In this document: positions 28,212-36,442 of the stretch, piece after piece | Position numbering within the stretch: the stretch's first letter is position 1 | How the letters are laid out: the number at the start of each line of letters is the position of its first letter | From: Thiobacillus sp. | GTDB taxonomy: Bacteria; Pseudomonadota; Gammaproteobacteria; Burkholderiales; Thiobacillaceae | Assembly: GCA_044227225.1 (NCBI GenBank) | Contig: JBGAFM010000006.1 | Location: 73,991-137,990 of the forward strand | DNA length: 64,000 nt | Direction: 5' to 3' | Program-made: the position numbers and the translations under genes | Notes under the pieces: model-generated | Told to the model about the DNA's origin: nothing | The model's database searches: none | What the model saw: only the letters and a program-made list of their open reading frames with translations

Positions 28212-28676
28212 ATGATTCTCTCCCGAACCAGCCAGTATGCCGTGCAGGCGCTGATCTACATGGCCACCCAGCCCAGTGCCACGCCCGTGCTGAACAAGGA
28301 CATCGCGGCCCAGCTCGGCGTGCCGGCGCCGTATCTGGCCAAAATCCTGCAAAGCCTGGCCAAGGGCAATCTGCTGTTTTCCTTCCGCGGTCGTCTCGGC
28401 GGCTTCTGTCTGCGTGAGTCGGGCGACAAGATCACGCTGATGCAGATCCTGCTGCTGACCGAAGGCCCGGCGTTCACCCAGAGTTGCCTGCTGGGCTTGA
28501 AGAAGTGCAGCGATGAAACTGCCTGCCCGTTGCACTTTCGCTGGGTGCCGGTAAAAAAGAAAATCATCGATCTGCTGCAGGAAACCACGCTCGAGAAACT
28601 GGCCAAGGCGGTCGAGTCCGGCAAGTACCGGCTGGCCGACGTGCCCGGGCAGCTCTTCGAACAGATCAAGGCGTGA
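28212..28676 (+). CDS. Rrf2 family transcriptional regulator with Cys triad (probable Fe-S ligands)
   Basis: MILSRTSQYAVQALIYMA (Rrf2 wHTH N-terminus). C-x6-C-x5-C: SCLLGLKKCSDETACPLH. Confidence 0.85.
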   Translation: MILSRTSQYAVQALIYMATQPSATPVLNKDIAAQLGVPAPYLAKILQSLAKGNLLFSFRGRLGGFCLRESGDKITLMQILLLTEGPAFTQSCLLGLKKCSDETACPLHFRWVPVKKKIIDLLQETTLEKLAKAVESGKYRLADVPGQLFEQIKA

Positions 28677-29266
28677 AGCGGGGGCTGTTCGCACTCGCCC
28701 TTGCGCTCTGCGTGGTGCTGCCTGCCTGCAAGCCAGCGTCCGCGCCGCCTGCGTTCCAGGCGACCGATATCACGGGAGCGGCCTTTGCCCGCGATTTCCG
28801 GCTCACCGATCACAATGGACAGGTGCGCACGCTGGCCGACTTCCGGGGCAAGGCAGTGGCGGTTTTCTTCGGCTACACGCATTGCCCCGACGTCTGCCCG
28901 ACCACGCTGGCCGATTTCGCAGCTGCGCTGAAAATGCTGGGTCCGCAGGCGACAAGCGTGCAGGTCATCTTTGTGACGGTCGATCCCGCGCGCGATACGC
29001 CGGCCATGCTGCGGCAGTTCGTGCCGGCGTTCAATCCGACCTTCCTCGGCATGTACACCGATGCCGTTTCGCTGCAGGCGTTGGCAAAAGAATACAAAGT
29101 GGTTTTTCAGAAAACGGCCCAGAAAGGGCCTGACGATTATCTGATCGACCACAGTGCCGGCACCTATGTTTATGATCCCCAAGGGCGTTTGCGGCTGCTC
29201 ATGCCCTATGGCAGCCCGCCGGAGGCGATCGCAAGCGACCTGAAGTCCTTGCTGGGCGGCGCTTGA
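28673..29266 (+). CDS. SCO family copper chaperone (SenC/PrrC)
   Basis: GTG start in a GTGA overlap with the Rrf2 stop. Lipoprotein-like N-terminus. FFGYTHCPDVCPTTL..DHS. Confidence 0.88.
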   Translation: MKRGLFALALALCVVLPACKPASAPPAFQATDITGAAFARDFRLTDHNGQVRTLADFRGKAVAVFFGYTHCPDVCPTTLADFAAALKMLGPQATSVQVIFVTVDPARDTPAMLRQFVPAFNPTFLGMYTDAVSLQALAKEYKVVFQKTAQKGPDDYLIDHSAGTYVYDPQGRLRLLMPYGSPPEAIASDLKSLLGGA

Positions 29267-29403
29267 GGCGGCCGGTACGTCTTGCGGCCTGGGGGGCGAA
29301 TGGAATATAATCCCGCAGTTTTTAATATAAGCATATGCTGTTCGAGCGGGGCTGTCGTTGTCAGGCGACAACTCCGTTGTTTCGATACAATCAGGAGCGG
29401 TCG

Positions 29404-30858
29404 ATGGCGGTAAGCACTTATTCCGGGACAGAGCAGTACAACTTCGACATCGTCAAGAAATTTGCCGTCATGTCGCTGGTGTGGGCGGTGGTGGGGATGT
29501 TCGTGGGCGTGTACATCGCTTCCGAACTGGCGTGGCCCTTCCTCAATTTCGATAGTCCCTATTTTTCATTCGGACGCTTCCGTCCGGTCCACACCACCTC
29601 GGTGATCTTCGGCTTCGGCGGATCTGCCCTGTTTGCCACTTCCTATTACGTGGTCCAGCGGACCTGCCAGACCCGACTGATCGCCGATGGCATGGCCAGC
29701 TTCACGTTCTGGGGCTGGATGGCCGTCATCGCACTGGCCGACATCAGCTACGTGCTCGGATATACCCAGTCCCGCGAATACGCTGAAATGGAATGGCCGA
29801 TCGACATCCTGATCGAGGTCGTGTGGGTGACCTACATGATCCTGTTCATCGGCACCATCATGCGTCGCAAGCAGCCGCACATCTATGTGGCGAACTGGTT
29901 CTATCTGGCCTTCATCCTGGCGACGGCGCTGCTGCACACCTTCAACAACCTGGCGATGCCGATCAACCTGTTCTCGATGAAGTCCTACAGCCTGTTCTCG
30001 GGCACCCAGGACGCGATGACGCAGTGGTGGTACGGCCATAACGCGGTGGGCTTCTTCCTCACCGCCGCCTTCCTCGGCATGATGTACTACTTCGTGCCCA
30101 AGCAGGCCGGTCGCCCGATCTATTCCTACCGCCTGTCCATCGTCCACTTCTGGGCGCTGGGCTTCATGTACATGTGGGTCGGTGCGCACCACCTGCACTG
30201 GACCGCGCTGCCCGACTGGACCTCGTCGCTGGCCGCCGCGTTCTCGATCCTGCTGCTGATGCCCTCGTGGGGCGGCATGATCAACGGCATCATGACGCTG
30301 TCCGGCGCTTGGGACAAGCTGCGCACCGACCCGGTGATGCGCTTCATGATCGTCGCGCTGTCGTTCTACGGCATGTCGACCTTCGAAGGCCCGATGATGT
30401 CGCTGAAGGAAGTCAACGCATTGAGCCACTACACCGACTGGACCGTCGGCCACGTGCACTCCGGCGCGCTGGGCTGGGTGGCGATGATCTCCTTCGGTTC
30501 GCTGTATCACATGATGCCCAAGCTCTGGGACACCAAGATATACAGCCAGAAGATGGTCGAATGGCACTTCTGGCTCGCCACCATCGGCATCGTGCTGTAC
30601 ATCGTCGCGATGTGGATTTCTGGCATCACGCAGGGTCTGATGTGGCGCGCCTTCGACGAGTTCGGCAACCTGCAGTACTCGTTCGTCGAGTCGGTTGCGG
30701 CGATGCACCCCTTCTACGCGATGCGGGCCATCGGCGGGATGTTCTTCCTCACCGGCGCCGTGCTGATGACCTACAACATGTTCATGACCATCCGTCAGGG
30801 CAAGCAGGAAGCCGCCGCTCTGGAAGCCAAGCTGGCCGCCAAGATGGCCCACGCCTGA
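29404..30858 (+). CDS. ccoN: cbb3-type cytochrome c oxidase subunit I
   Basis: AGGAG before ATG 29404. Full-length CcoN-like ([42 protein letters not shown]). Confidence 0.95.
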   Translation: MAVSTYSGTEQYNFDIVKKFAVMSLVWAVVGMFVGVYIASELAWPFLNFDSPYFSFGRFRPVHTTSVIFGFGGSALFATSYYVVQRTCQTRLIADGMASFTFWGWMAVIALADISYVLGYTQSREYAEMEWPIDILIEVVWVTYMILFIGTIMRRKQPHIYVANWFYLAFILATALLHTFNNLAMPINLFSMKSYSLFSGTQDAMTQWWYGHNAVGFFLTAAFLGMMYYFVPKQAGRPIYSYRLSIVHFWALGFMYMWVGAHHLHWTALPDWTSSLAAAFSILLLMPSWGGMINGIMTLSGAWDKLRTDPVMRFMIVALSFYGMSTFEGPMMSLKEVNALSHYTDWTVGHVHSGALGWVAMISFGSLYHMMPKLWDTKIYSQKMVEWHFWLATIGIVLYIVAMWISGITQGLMWRAFDEFGNLQYSFVESVAAMHPFYAMRAIGGMFFLTGAVLMTYNMFMTIRQGKQEAAALEAKLAAKMAHA

Positions 30859-30875
30859 TACGGAGAACGCATTAA

Positions 30876-31622
30876 ATGAACCTCAACTTCAAACACGAAT
30901 GGATCGAGACCAACATCGGTCTGATGGCGGTGTTGACCATGCTGGCGATCAGCGTCGGCGGCCTGGTGGAAATCGCGCCGCTGTTCTTCCTCGACAAGAC
31001 GATCGAGAAAGTGGACGGCGTACGTCCCTACACGCCGCTCGAGCAGCGCGGCCGCGACATCTATCAGCGCGAAGGTTGCTATCTCTGCCACTCGCAGATG
31101 ATCCGTCCGTTCCGCGACGAGAAGCTGCGTTACGGCCATTATTCGCTGGCGGCTGAATCGCAGTACGACCATCCCTTCCAGTGGGGCTCCAAGCGCACCG
31201 GTCCCGATCTTGCCCGCGTCGGCGGCAAGTACTCGAACGAATGGCACGTGCAGCATCTCATCGCGCCGCGCTCGATGGTGCCGGAATCGGTGATGCCGAA
31301 CTATCCCTGGCTGCTGAGCACGCCGCTCGACATTTCCGACGTGACGGATCGCATGAAGGCACTGCGCAAGGTGGGTGTGCCCTATTCGCTGACCGAGGCG
31401 GAATACAAGGCCAACGTGGCCAAGTTCGGTGAAACCGTGGCCAAGCAACTGCACATTCCCGATGCGCAGAAGAACCTGATCGAACAAGCGAACTTCGGCA
31501 ACTACGATGGCGACCGCTCGGGCATCTCCGAAATGGACGCGCTCGTCGCCTACTTGCAGGTGCTCGGCACCATGGTCGACTTCAGCAAGTACAAGGACGA
31601 CGCTTTCGTGGACAACCGCTGA
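30876..31622 (+). CDS. ccoO: cbb3-type cytochrome c oxidase subunit II (monoheme)
   Basis: [20 protein letters not shown] (CxxCH) ..[12 protein letters not shown]. Confidence 0.92.
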   Translation: MNLNFKHEWIETNIGLMAVLTMLAISVGGLVEIAPLFFLDKTIEKVDGVRPYTPLEQRGRDIYQREGCYLCHSQMIRPFRDEKLRYGHYSLAAESQYDHPFQWGSKRTGPDLARVGGKYSNEWHVQHLIAPRSMVPESVMPNYPWLLSTPLDISDVTDRMKALRKVGVPYSLTEAEYKANVAKFGETVAKQLHIPDAQKNLIEQANFGNYDGDRSGISEMDALVAYLQVLGTMVDFSKYKDDAFVDNR

Positions 31623-31627
31623 GCCGG

Positions 31628-31831
31628 ATGTCGGGGCACTCCAGCATGGAATGGTTGATGTGGTTTTCGAAACCGGAAAACACCAAGCCCCTGGCACTGG
31701 TCATTTTTTTCGTCACCTTTATCGGCATCGTGATCTACGCCTACGGTAACAAGAAGCGGAGCGAGACACTCGAGTCCTACCGCGACATACCGTTTCTGGA
31801 CGATCAGGAAGGCACGAAGGACAAGCAATGA
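31628..31831 (+). CDS. ccoQ: cbb3-type oxidase small subunit CcoQ
   Basis: Single TM (LALVIFFVTFIGIVIYAY), then KKRS. Position between ccoO and ccoP. The start may be an internal ATG (31646 or 31658). Confidence 0.65.
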   Translation: MSGHSSMEWLMWFSKPENTKPLALVIFFVTFIGIVIYAYGNKKRSETLESYRDIPFLDDQEGTKDKQ

Positions 31832-32748
31832 GCGAGCAAAAATTACAATCCCAAACCGTACAGACCACCGGCCATGCCTGGGACGGTGACCTGCAGGAAT
31901 ACAACAACCCGCTACCGGTGTGGTGGGTGTATACCTTCTATGCGACCGTCGTCTTCGCCATCGTCTACTGGAGCATCTATCCCTCCTGGCCGTTCGGCAA
32001 GGGCTGGCTGGGCGGGGCGACCAGCATCACCTACGTCAACAGCGCCGGCGAGACCAAGACCCACAGCTGGAATACGCGCGCGCTGCTGATGGAGAAGCTC
32101 AACCAGGCCAGCGCAGAACAGAAGCCTTATTTCGACAAGATTTCGGCGATGTCCTACGAGCAGATTGCCAAGGATCCCGAGATGAACGGTTTCATCCTGT
32201 CTGCCGGCAAGGCCTTGTTCTCGGACAACTGCGCACCCTGCCACCAGGCTGGCGGCCAGGGCAAGCTCGGTTTCTTCCCCAACCTGACCGACGACGACTG
32301 GCTGTACGGCGGTACCTATGACAAGATCCACGAAACCCTGATGGGCGGTCGCCGTGGCTACATGCCGACCTTCGGTGAAGTACTGTCCGGCGAGCAGATC
32401 GACCAGCTCGCCAACTACGTCGCCAGCCTGTCCGGCATCGCACACGACGGCGCCAAGGCGACGGCCGGCAACGCCCTGTTCCACAGCGAGACGGCGGCCT
32501 GTTTCTACTGTCACGGCCCCGATGCGAAAGGGCGCAAGGACATCGGTGCGCCCAACCTCACCGACAACATCTGGCTGTGGGCCAACGTTCCGGGCAGCGA
32601 TGCCGCCGAGGGCAAGGTCGCAGCGATCCGCGGTGTGATCACCAACGGCCTCAACAAGGGGGTGATGCCGGTGTGGGCCGGCCGTCTCTCGCCTGAACAG
32701 ATCAAGGTTCTGACGGTCTACGTTCATGAACTTGGCGGCGGGCAGTAA
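31828..32748 (+). CDS. ccoP: cbb3-type cytochrome c oxidase subunit III (diheme)
   Basis: ATGA overlap with ccoQ. Two heme motifs, CAPCH and CFYCH. Confidence 0.92.
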   Translation: MSEQKLQSQTVQTTGHAWDGDLQEYNNPLPVWWVYTFYATVVFAIVYWSIYPSWPFGKGWLGGATSITYVNSAGETKTHSWNTRALLMEKLNQASAEQKPYFDKISAMSYEQIAKDPEMNGFILSAGKALFSDNCAPCHQAGGQGKLGFFPNLTDDDWLYGGTYDKIHETLMGGRRGYMPTFGEVLSGEQIDQLANYVASLSGIAHDGAKATAGNALFHSETAACFYCHGPDAKGRKDIGAPNLTDNIWLWANVPGSDAAEGKVAAIRGVITNGLNKGVMPVWAGRLSPEQIKVLTVYVHELGGGQ

Positions 32749-32768
32749 GCTCGACTGATTCGAAACGC

Positions 32769-32794
32769 AAAGCCCCCGTTCGCGGGGGCTTTTG
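32769..32794 (+). terminator. rho-independent terminator after ccoP
   Basis: agcccccg-ttcg-cgggggct followed by tttgc. Confidence 0.7.
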
Positions 32795-32821
32795 CTTCCC
32801 GCGTACCTTATCGAAGACATC

Positions 32822-34348
32822 ATGCAATCCGGACTGGAAGATCAGCTCGCCCTGTACCAGAAACGCATCCCGATTTTCACCCGCTCGGTGAAGGGGACGT
32901 TTCGCAAGTTCAAGACTTCGGTGCTGGTGCTGGCCTATGCCATCTACTTCCTGCTGCCCTGGCTGCCGTGGTCGCGTCACGACGCGCCGGCGCAGGCCGT
33001 GCTTTTCGACCTGCCGGGGCGCCGCTTCCTGATATTTGGCCTCACGGTCTATCCGCAGGACGTGATCTGGCTCGCCCTGCTGCTTTTCATTGCGGCCATC
33101 CTGCTTTTCTTTGTCACCGGCCTGGTCGGCCGGGCCTTCTGCGGCTACTTCTGCTTCCAGACGCTGTGGACCGATTTCTTCATCTGGATCGAACAGCGCA
33201 TCCAGGGCGAACGGCCTGCGCGCGTGCGTCTGTATCGCCAGCCGTGGGATCGCGAAAAAACCCTCAAGATCGGGGCAACCCACGGCCTGTGGCTGCTGGC
33301 AGCGTTCTGGACTGGCTTTACCTTCGTTGCTTACTTTGCCTATGCGCCGCAACTGCTGGAGGATTTCTTCACGGGGCAGGCGGCGGCCGCAGCGTATATC
33401 ACTGCCGTTACGCTCACCCTGTCCACCTATGTCGCGGCCGGACTGATGCGCGAACAGGTCTGCACTTATGTCTGTCCCTACGGCCGTTTTCAGAGCGTCA
33501 TGTACGAGGCCGAAACACTGGCCGTGCACTATGACGCCAAGCGCGGGGAAGGCAGCCTGGGACGTGCGGTCGTGCGTGCAGGGCGCGGCATCGCGATGGA
33601 GCGCCGCCGCGGCGGCGAACTGCCGGCCGACGGGACCGTGGCCGAGCGGCGACGGGTCAGGCTGTCGAATGCCGAGCGTGCCCTGGCGGAACGCCATGCG
33701 CAGGGCTACGGTGACTGCGTGGATTGCGGGCTCTGCGTCCAGGTCTGCCCGGTCGGCATCGATATTCGCGACGGTCTGCAATACAAGTGCATTTCCTGCG
33801 GATTGTGCATCGATGCCTGCAACACCATCATGGATTCGTTCGGTTTCCCGCGTGGTCTCATTCGCTACGATTCCGAGAAAAACCTGGCTTCGCCCGAACC
33901 CGCGCCGCCGAAGCTCCACTGGAAGCGGCTGAAGATCGTCGGCTACGGCGTCGCGCTGGTCCTGATGACAGGCTATCTGGGTTACAGCATTGCCACGCGC
34001 AGTACCTTCGATCGTAGCGTCAATCAGGTCCGGCAGCCTTTGTATGTCGTACTGTCGAATGGCGACATCCGCAATCGCTACCAGATCCGGATCACCAACA
34101 AGTCGGGCGCAGAAGAGCACTACCGCATTTCGGCGCACGGCGTGCCCCCGAACGCCCTGGACCTGGGAAATTTCGCCGAGATCGGAATCAAACCCGGGCA
34201 CAGCGGTCTAGTGCAGGCCAGCGTACGTTTGTCGCCTGCCGAGGCGGCGCGCATCCGGCATTTCGACCTGACGATCACCCCGGAGAGCCGGCCTGCCGAG
34301 GCGCGCAGCGAAAGCGTGCGTTTCGACAGGCCGGGACAGGATTCATGA
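32822..34348 (+). CDS. ccoG: cytochrome c oxidase accessory protein CcoG (polyferredoxin-like)
   Basis: FCGYFCFQT..CTYVCPYGRFQ..CVDCGLCVQVCP..CISCGLCIDAC. Confidence 0.88.
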   Translation: MQSGLEDQLALYQKRIPIFTRSVKGTFRKFKTSVLVLAYAIYFLLPWLPWSRHDAPAQAVLFDLPGRRFLIFGLTVYPQDVIWLALLLFIAAILLFFVTGLVGRAFCGYFCFQTLWTDFFIWIEQRIQGERPARVRLYRQPWDREKTLKIGATHGLWLLAAFWTGFTFVAYFAYAPQLLEDFFTGQAAAAAYITAVTLTLSTYVAAGLMREQVCTYVCPYGRFQSVMYEAETLAVHYDAKRGEGSLGRAVVRAGRGIAMERRRGGELPADGTVAERRRVRLSNAERALAERHAQGYGDCVDCGLCVQVCPVGIDIRDGLQYKCISCGLCIDACNTIMDSFGFPRGLIRYDSEKNLASPEPAPPKLHWKRLKIVGYGVALVLMTGYLGYSIATRSTFDRSVNQVRQPLYVVLSNGDIRNRYQIRITNKSGAEEHYRISAHGVPPNALDLGNFAEIGIKPGHSGLVQASVRLSPAEAARIRHFDLTITPESRPAEARSESVRFDRPGQDS

Positions 34349-35121
34349 GTACTTTCGTTACCTTGTTTGGTGGTTTGGCAGCAGTACTGCTGCTTTACGC
34401 GCTTGGCGGCGCCGTGCGCGGCTTGCCGCCGGTCCTGCGAGCCGTACTCGCTGCGCTGATTCCGCTGACGGGCTATTTCGTGCTGATGATCGGGCGCTGG
34501 CCCGGCCTCGACGTCGTGGCCATCCACATCTCGGTATTCCTCGCGGCGGCGCTCGTGCTGCATGCCATTTCGCTGTTCCGGCGGAGGGGAACGCGCCTGC
34601 ACTGGGCGCCCAGAATCCTGATCGCGTTCTTCGTCGGGCTGGTGTTTTTCAACGCCGGCCTGCTCTACGTCGCCACGTCGGGCCTGCCTGTCACGTTGGG
34701 TACCTGGTGGCTGGGCGGCAGCAACGGCCATGCCGTATACAGTGGATTCTCGGGCGTCGTTCCGCATGACCAGGGGGCGGCGCGCGCGGTTTCCGCTGAA
34801 CTCTCCGAAGCCTACAAGGAAAGCCAGTTGGGTTGGCATGTCGAGGTGGAAGGTTTCGACGTTCGCTCGACGATGCTGCCGGTGCTGGTGCGCGTGCAGA
34901 ACCGGACCGGGCTGCCGGTCGACGATGCCGTGGCCGAACTGCAACTGACGCGGCCCGGGGCACCGACGGCGCCCCGGGTGCAGGTCCTGAGCATGACCGC
35001 CCCCGGTGTGTACCAGGGGGAATTGCAATTGCCCGCGAGCGGTAGATGGCTCGTCGACGTGCGGCTGAGCCGGGAAGGGGCCCTGCGCTATCACAGCACC
35101 CAGGAGGTCAGCGTGCCGTGA
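34345..35121 (+). CDS. FixH/CcoH family protein with extra N-terminal multi-TM extension
   Basis: ATGA overlap with ccoG. C-terminal half (GWHVEVEGF..VRVQNRTGLPV..G.Y.G...L) resembles the FixH domain. The first ~100 aa add about three hydrophobic helices. Confidence 0.65.
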   Translation: MSTFVTLFGGLAAVLLLYALGGAVRGLPPVLRAVLAALIPLTGYFVLMIGRWPGLDVVAIHISVFLAAALVLHAISLFRRRGTRLHWAPRILIAFFVGLVFFNAGLLYVATSGLPVTLGTWWLGGSNGHAVYSGFSGVVPHDQGAARAVSAELSEAYKESQLGWHVEVEGFDVRSTMLPVLVRVQNRTGLPVDDAVAELQLTRPGAPTAPRVQVLSMTAPGVYQGELQLPASGRWLVDVRLSREGALRYHSTQEVSVP

Positions 35122-35129
35122 GCGGCATC

Positions 35130-35303
35130 ATGGGATTCCTGTTCCTGCTGTCCGGCGTTTTCGTGCTGCTGATCGTCGTGGGCGTGGTTTGGTCGATTAA
35201 GAGCGGGCAGTTCGACGATCTGGAAGGCCCGGCCGAGCGCATCCTCATGGACGATGACGATCCGCGCCTGCCGACGCGGCGCTTGAGCCGTTCCGACGAT
35301 TAA
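35130..35303 (+). CDS. ccoS: cbb3-type oxidase maturation protein CcoS/FixS
   Basis: MGFLFLLSGVFVLLIVVGVVWSIKSGQFDDLEGPAERILMDDD: a typical CcoS N-terminal TM plus the SGQFDDLEG motif. Confidence 0.75.
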   Translation: MGFLFLLSGVFVLLIVVGVVWSIKSGQFDDLEGPAERILMDDDDPRLPTRRLSRSDD

Positions 35304-35337
35304 ATTAGAATTCGCTTAAACATTAGGAGTGCACAGC

Positions 35338-35445
35338 ATGAAACAGCTACTGACTTTCCAGGGATTTCCGATGGTCGTCGTCGTCGGGATGATCGTGTGG
35401 GCTTGGATCAGCATTCTTTCCGTGCTCATCGGTTCGTTCTTCTGA
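35338..35445 (+). CDS. unannotated 35-aa hydrophobic peptide (candidate small oxidase-associated subunit)
   Basis: Below the ORF-track cutoff. TAGGAG 8 nt upstream of ATG 35338. MKQLLTFQGFPMVVVVGMIVWAWISILSVLIGSFF. Followed by a strong terminator. Confidence 0.4.
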   Translation: MKQLLTFQGFPMVVVVGMIVWAWISILSVLIGSFF

Positions 35446-35464
35446 TCGACCGCGCCTGAACAGC

Positions 35465-35491
35465 AAAAAGCCCCGCTAGGCGGGGCTTTTT
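35465..35491. terminator. bidirectional rho-independent terminator (cco cluster / rpoH)
   Basis: aaaaagccccgc-tag-gcggggcttttt, with A- and T-tracts on both sides, between convergent genes. Confidence 0.8.
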
Positions 35492-35510
35492 GCTGTTCAG
35501 GCCAAACGCG

Positions 35511-36356
35511 TCAGCCTGGCATGGCGGCGCGCATTTTCTGCAGCGCGCGCGCCTCGATCTGGCGGATGCGTTCTGCCGACACGCCGTACTCGGCTGCCAG
35601 TTCGTGCAGGGTCGCGGCCTCGCCTTCGGTCAGCCAGCGGGCCTTGATGATGTGCCGGCTGCGCGCGTCGAGATTTTCCAGTGCGGCGTTCAGCCCGGCG
35701 TGGCGCAGATGCTCGGTTTGTTCGCGTTCCAGTTTCTGGGCCGGATTCTCGTCCGGGCTGGCAAGGTAGGCGATGGGGCTGTAGCTATCCTCGCTGTCGT
35801 CGGGTACCGGATCGATCGACAGGTCGTGGCCGGACAAACGGGTTTCCATTTCCAGCACGTCTTCGCGCGACACGTTGAGTTCGCGCGCAACCGCATCGGC
35901 CTCCTTCAGCGTCAGGGCATTCAGCGACTGCTTCAGGCTGCGCAGATTGAAGAAGAGCTTGCGCTGCGACTTGGTCGTCGCAACCTTGACCAGCCGCCAG
36001 TTGCGCAGGACGTATTCGTGGATTTCCGCACGGATCCAGTGTAGGGCGAACGAGACCAGCCGCACGCCGCGCTCCGGGTCGAAGCGTTTGACGGCCTTCA
36101 TCAGCCCCACATTGCCTTCCTGTATAAGATCGGCGTGCGGCAGGCCATAGCCCAGATAGTGGCGTGCCACGCTCACGACGACGCGGAGGTGGGACAGGAC
36201 AAGTTGCCGTGCGGCGTCCACGTCCTGCGTGTCGCGCCAGGCGCGCGCATACCGCTGCTCTTCTTCCAGGCTGAGCATGGGGTAGCGGTTCACGGTCTGG
36301 ATATAGCTGTCCAGACTGTAGGCTGCCGGAATGGGCAAAGTCATTGCTTGGTTCAT
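35511..36356 (-). CDS. rpoH: RNA polymerase sigma-32 (heat-shock sigma factor)
   Basis: LDSYIQTVNRYPMLSLEEEQ..LRNWRLVKVATTKSQRKLFFNLR (RpoH box). Start chosen at the ATG preceded by AAGGGGG. The ORF extends to 36383. Confidence 0.9.
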   Translation of the reverse strand: MNQAMTLPIPAAYSLDSYIQTVNRYPMLSLEEEQRYARAWRDTQDVDAARQLVLSHLRVVVSVARHYLGYGLPHADLIQEGNVGLMKAVKRFDPERGVRLVSFALHWIRAEIHEYVLRNWRLVKVATTKSQRKLFFNLRSLKQSLNALTLKEADAVARELNVSREDVLEMETRLSGHDLSIDPVPDDSEDSYSPIAYLASPDENPAQKLEREQTEHLRHAGLNAALENLDARSRHIIKARWLTEGEAATLHELAAEYGVSAERIRQIEARALQKMRAAMPG

Positions 36357-36442
36357 GCTTGCATTACCCCCTTTGTGGTTCATTTTAGCACTCGTGATGT
36401 AAGAGTGCTAAACCCGCCACGGGTTCCCGGCGAAGGTGAGGT

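Noticed and set aside
29377-29390. TTGTttcgatACAA as an FNR/FixK box for ccoN
   Set aside because: Three mismatches to TTGAT-N4-ATCAA at core positions, and it lies only ~14 nt upstream of the ccoN ATG, overlapping the SD region. It cannot sit at -41.5 of a promoter serving ccoN.
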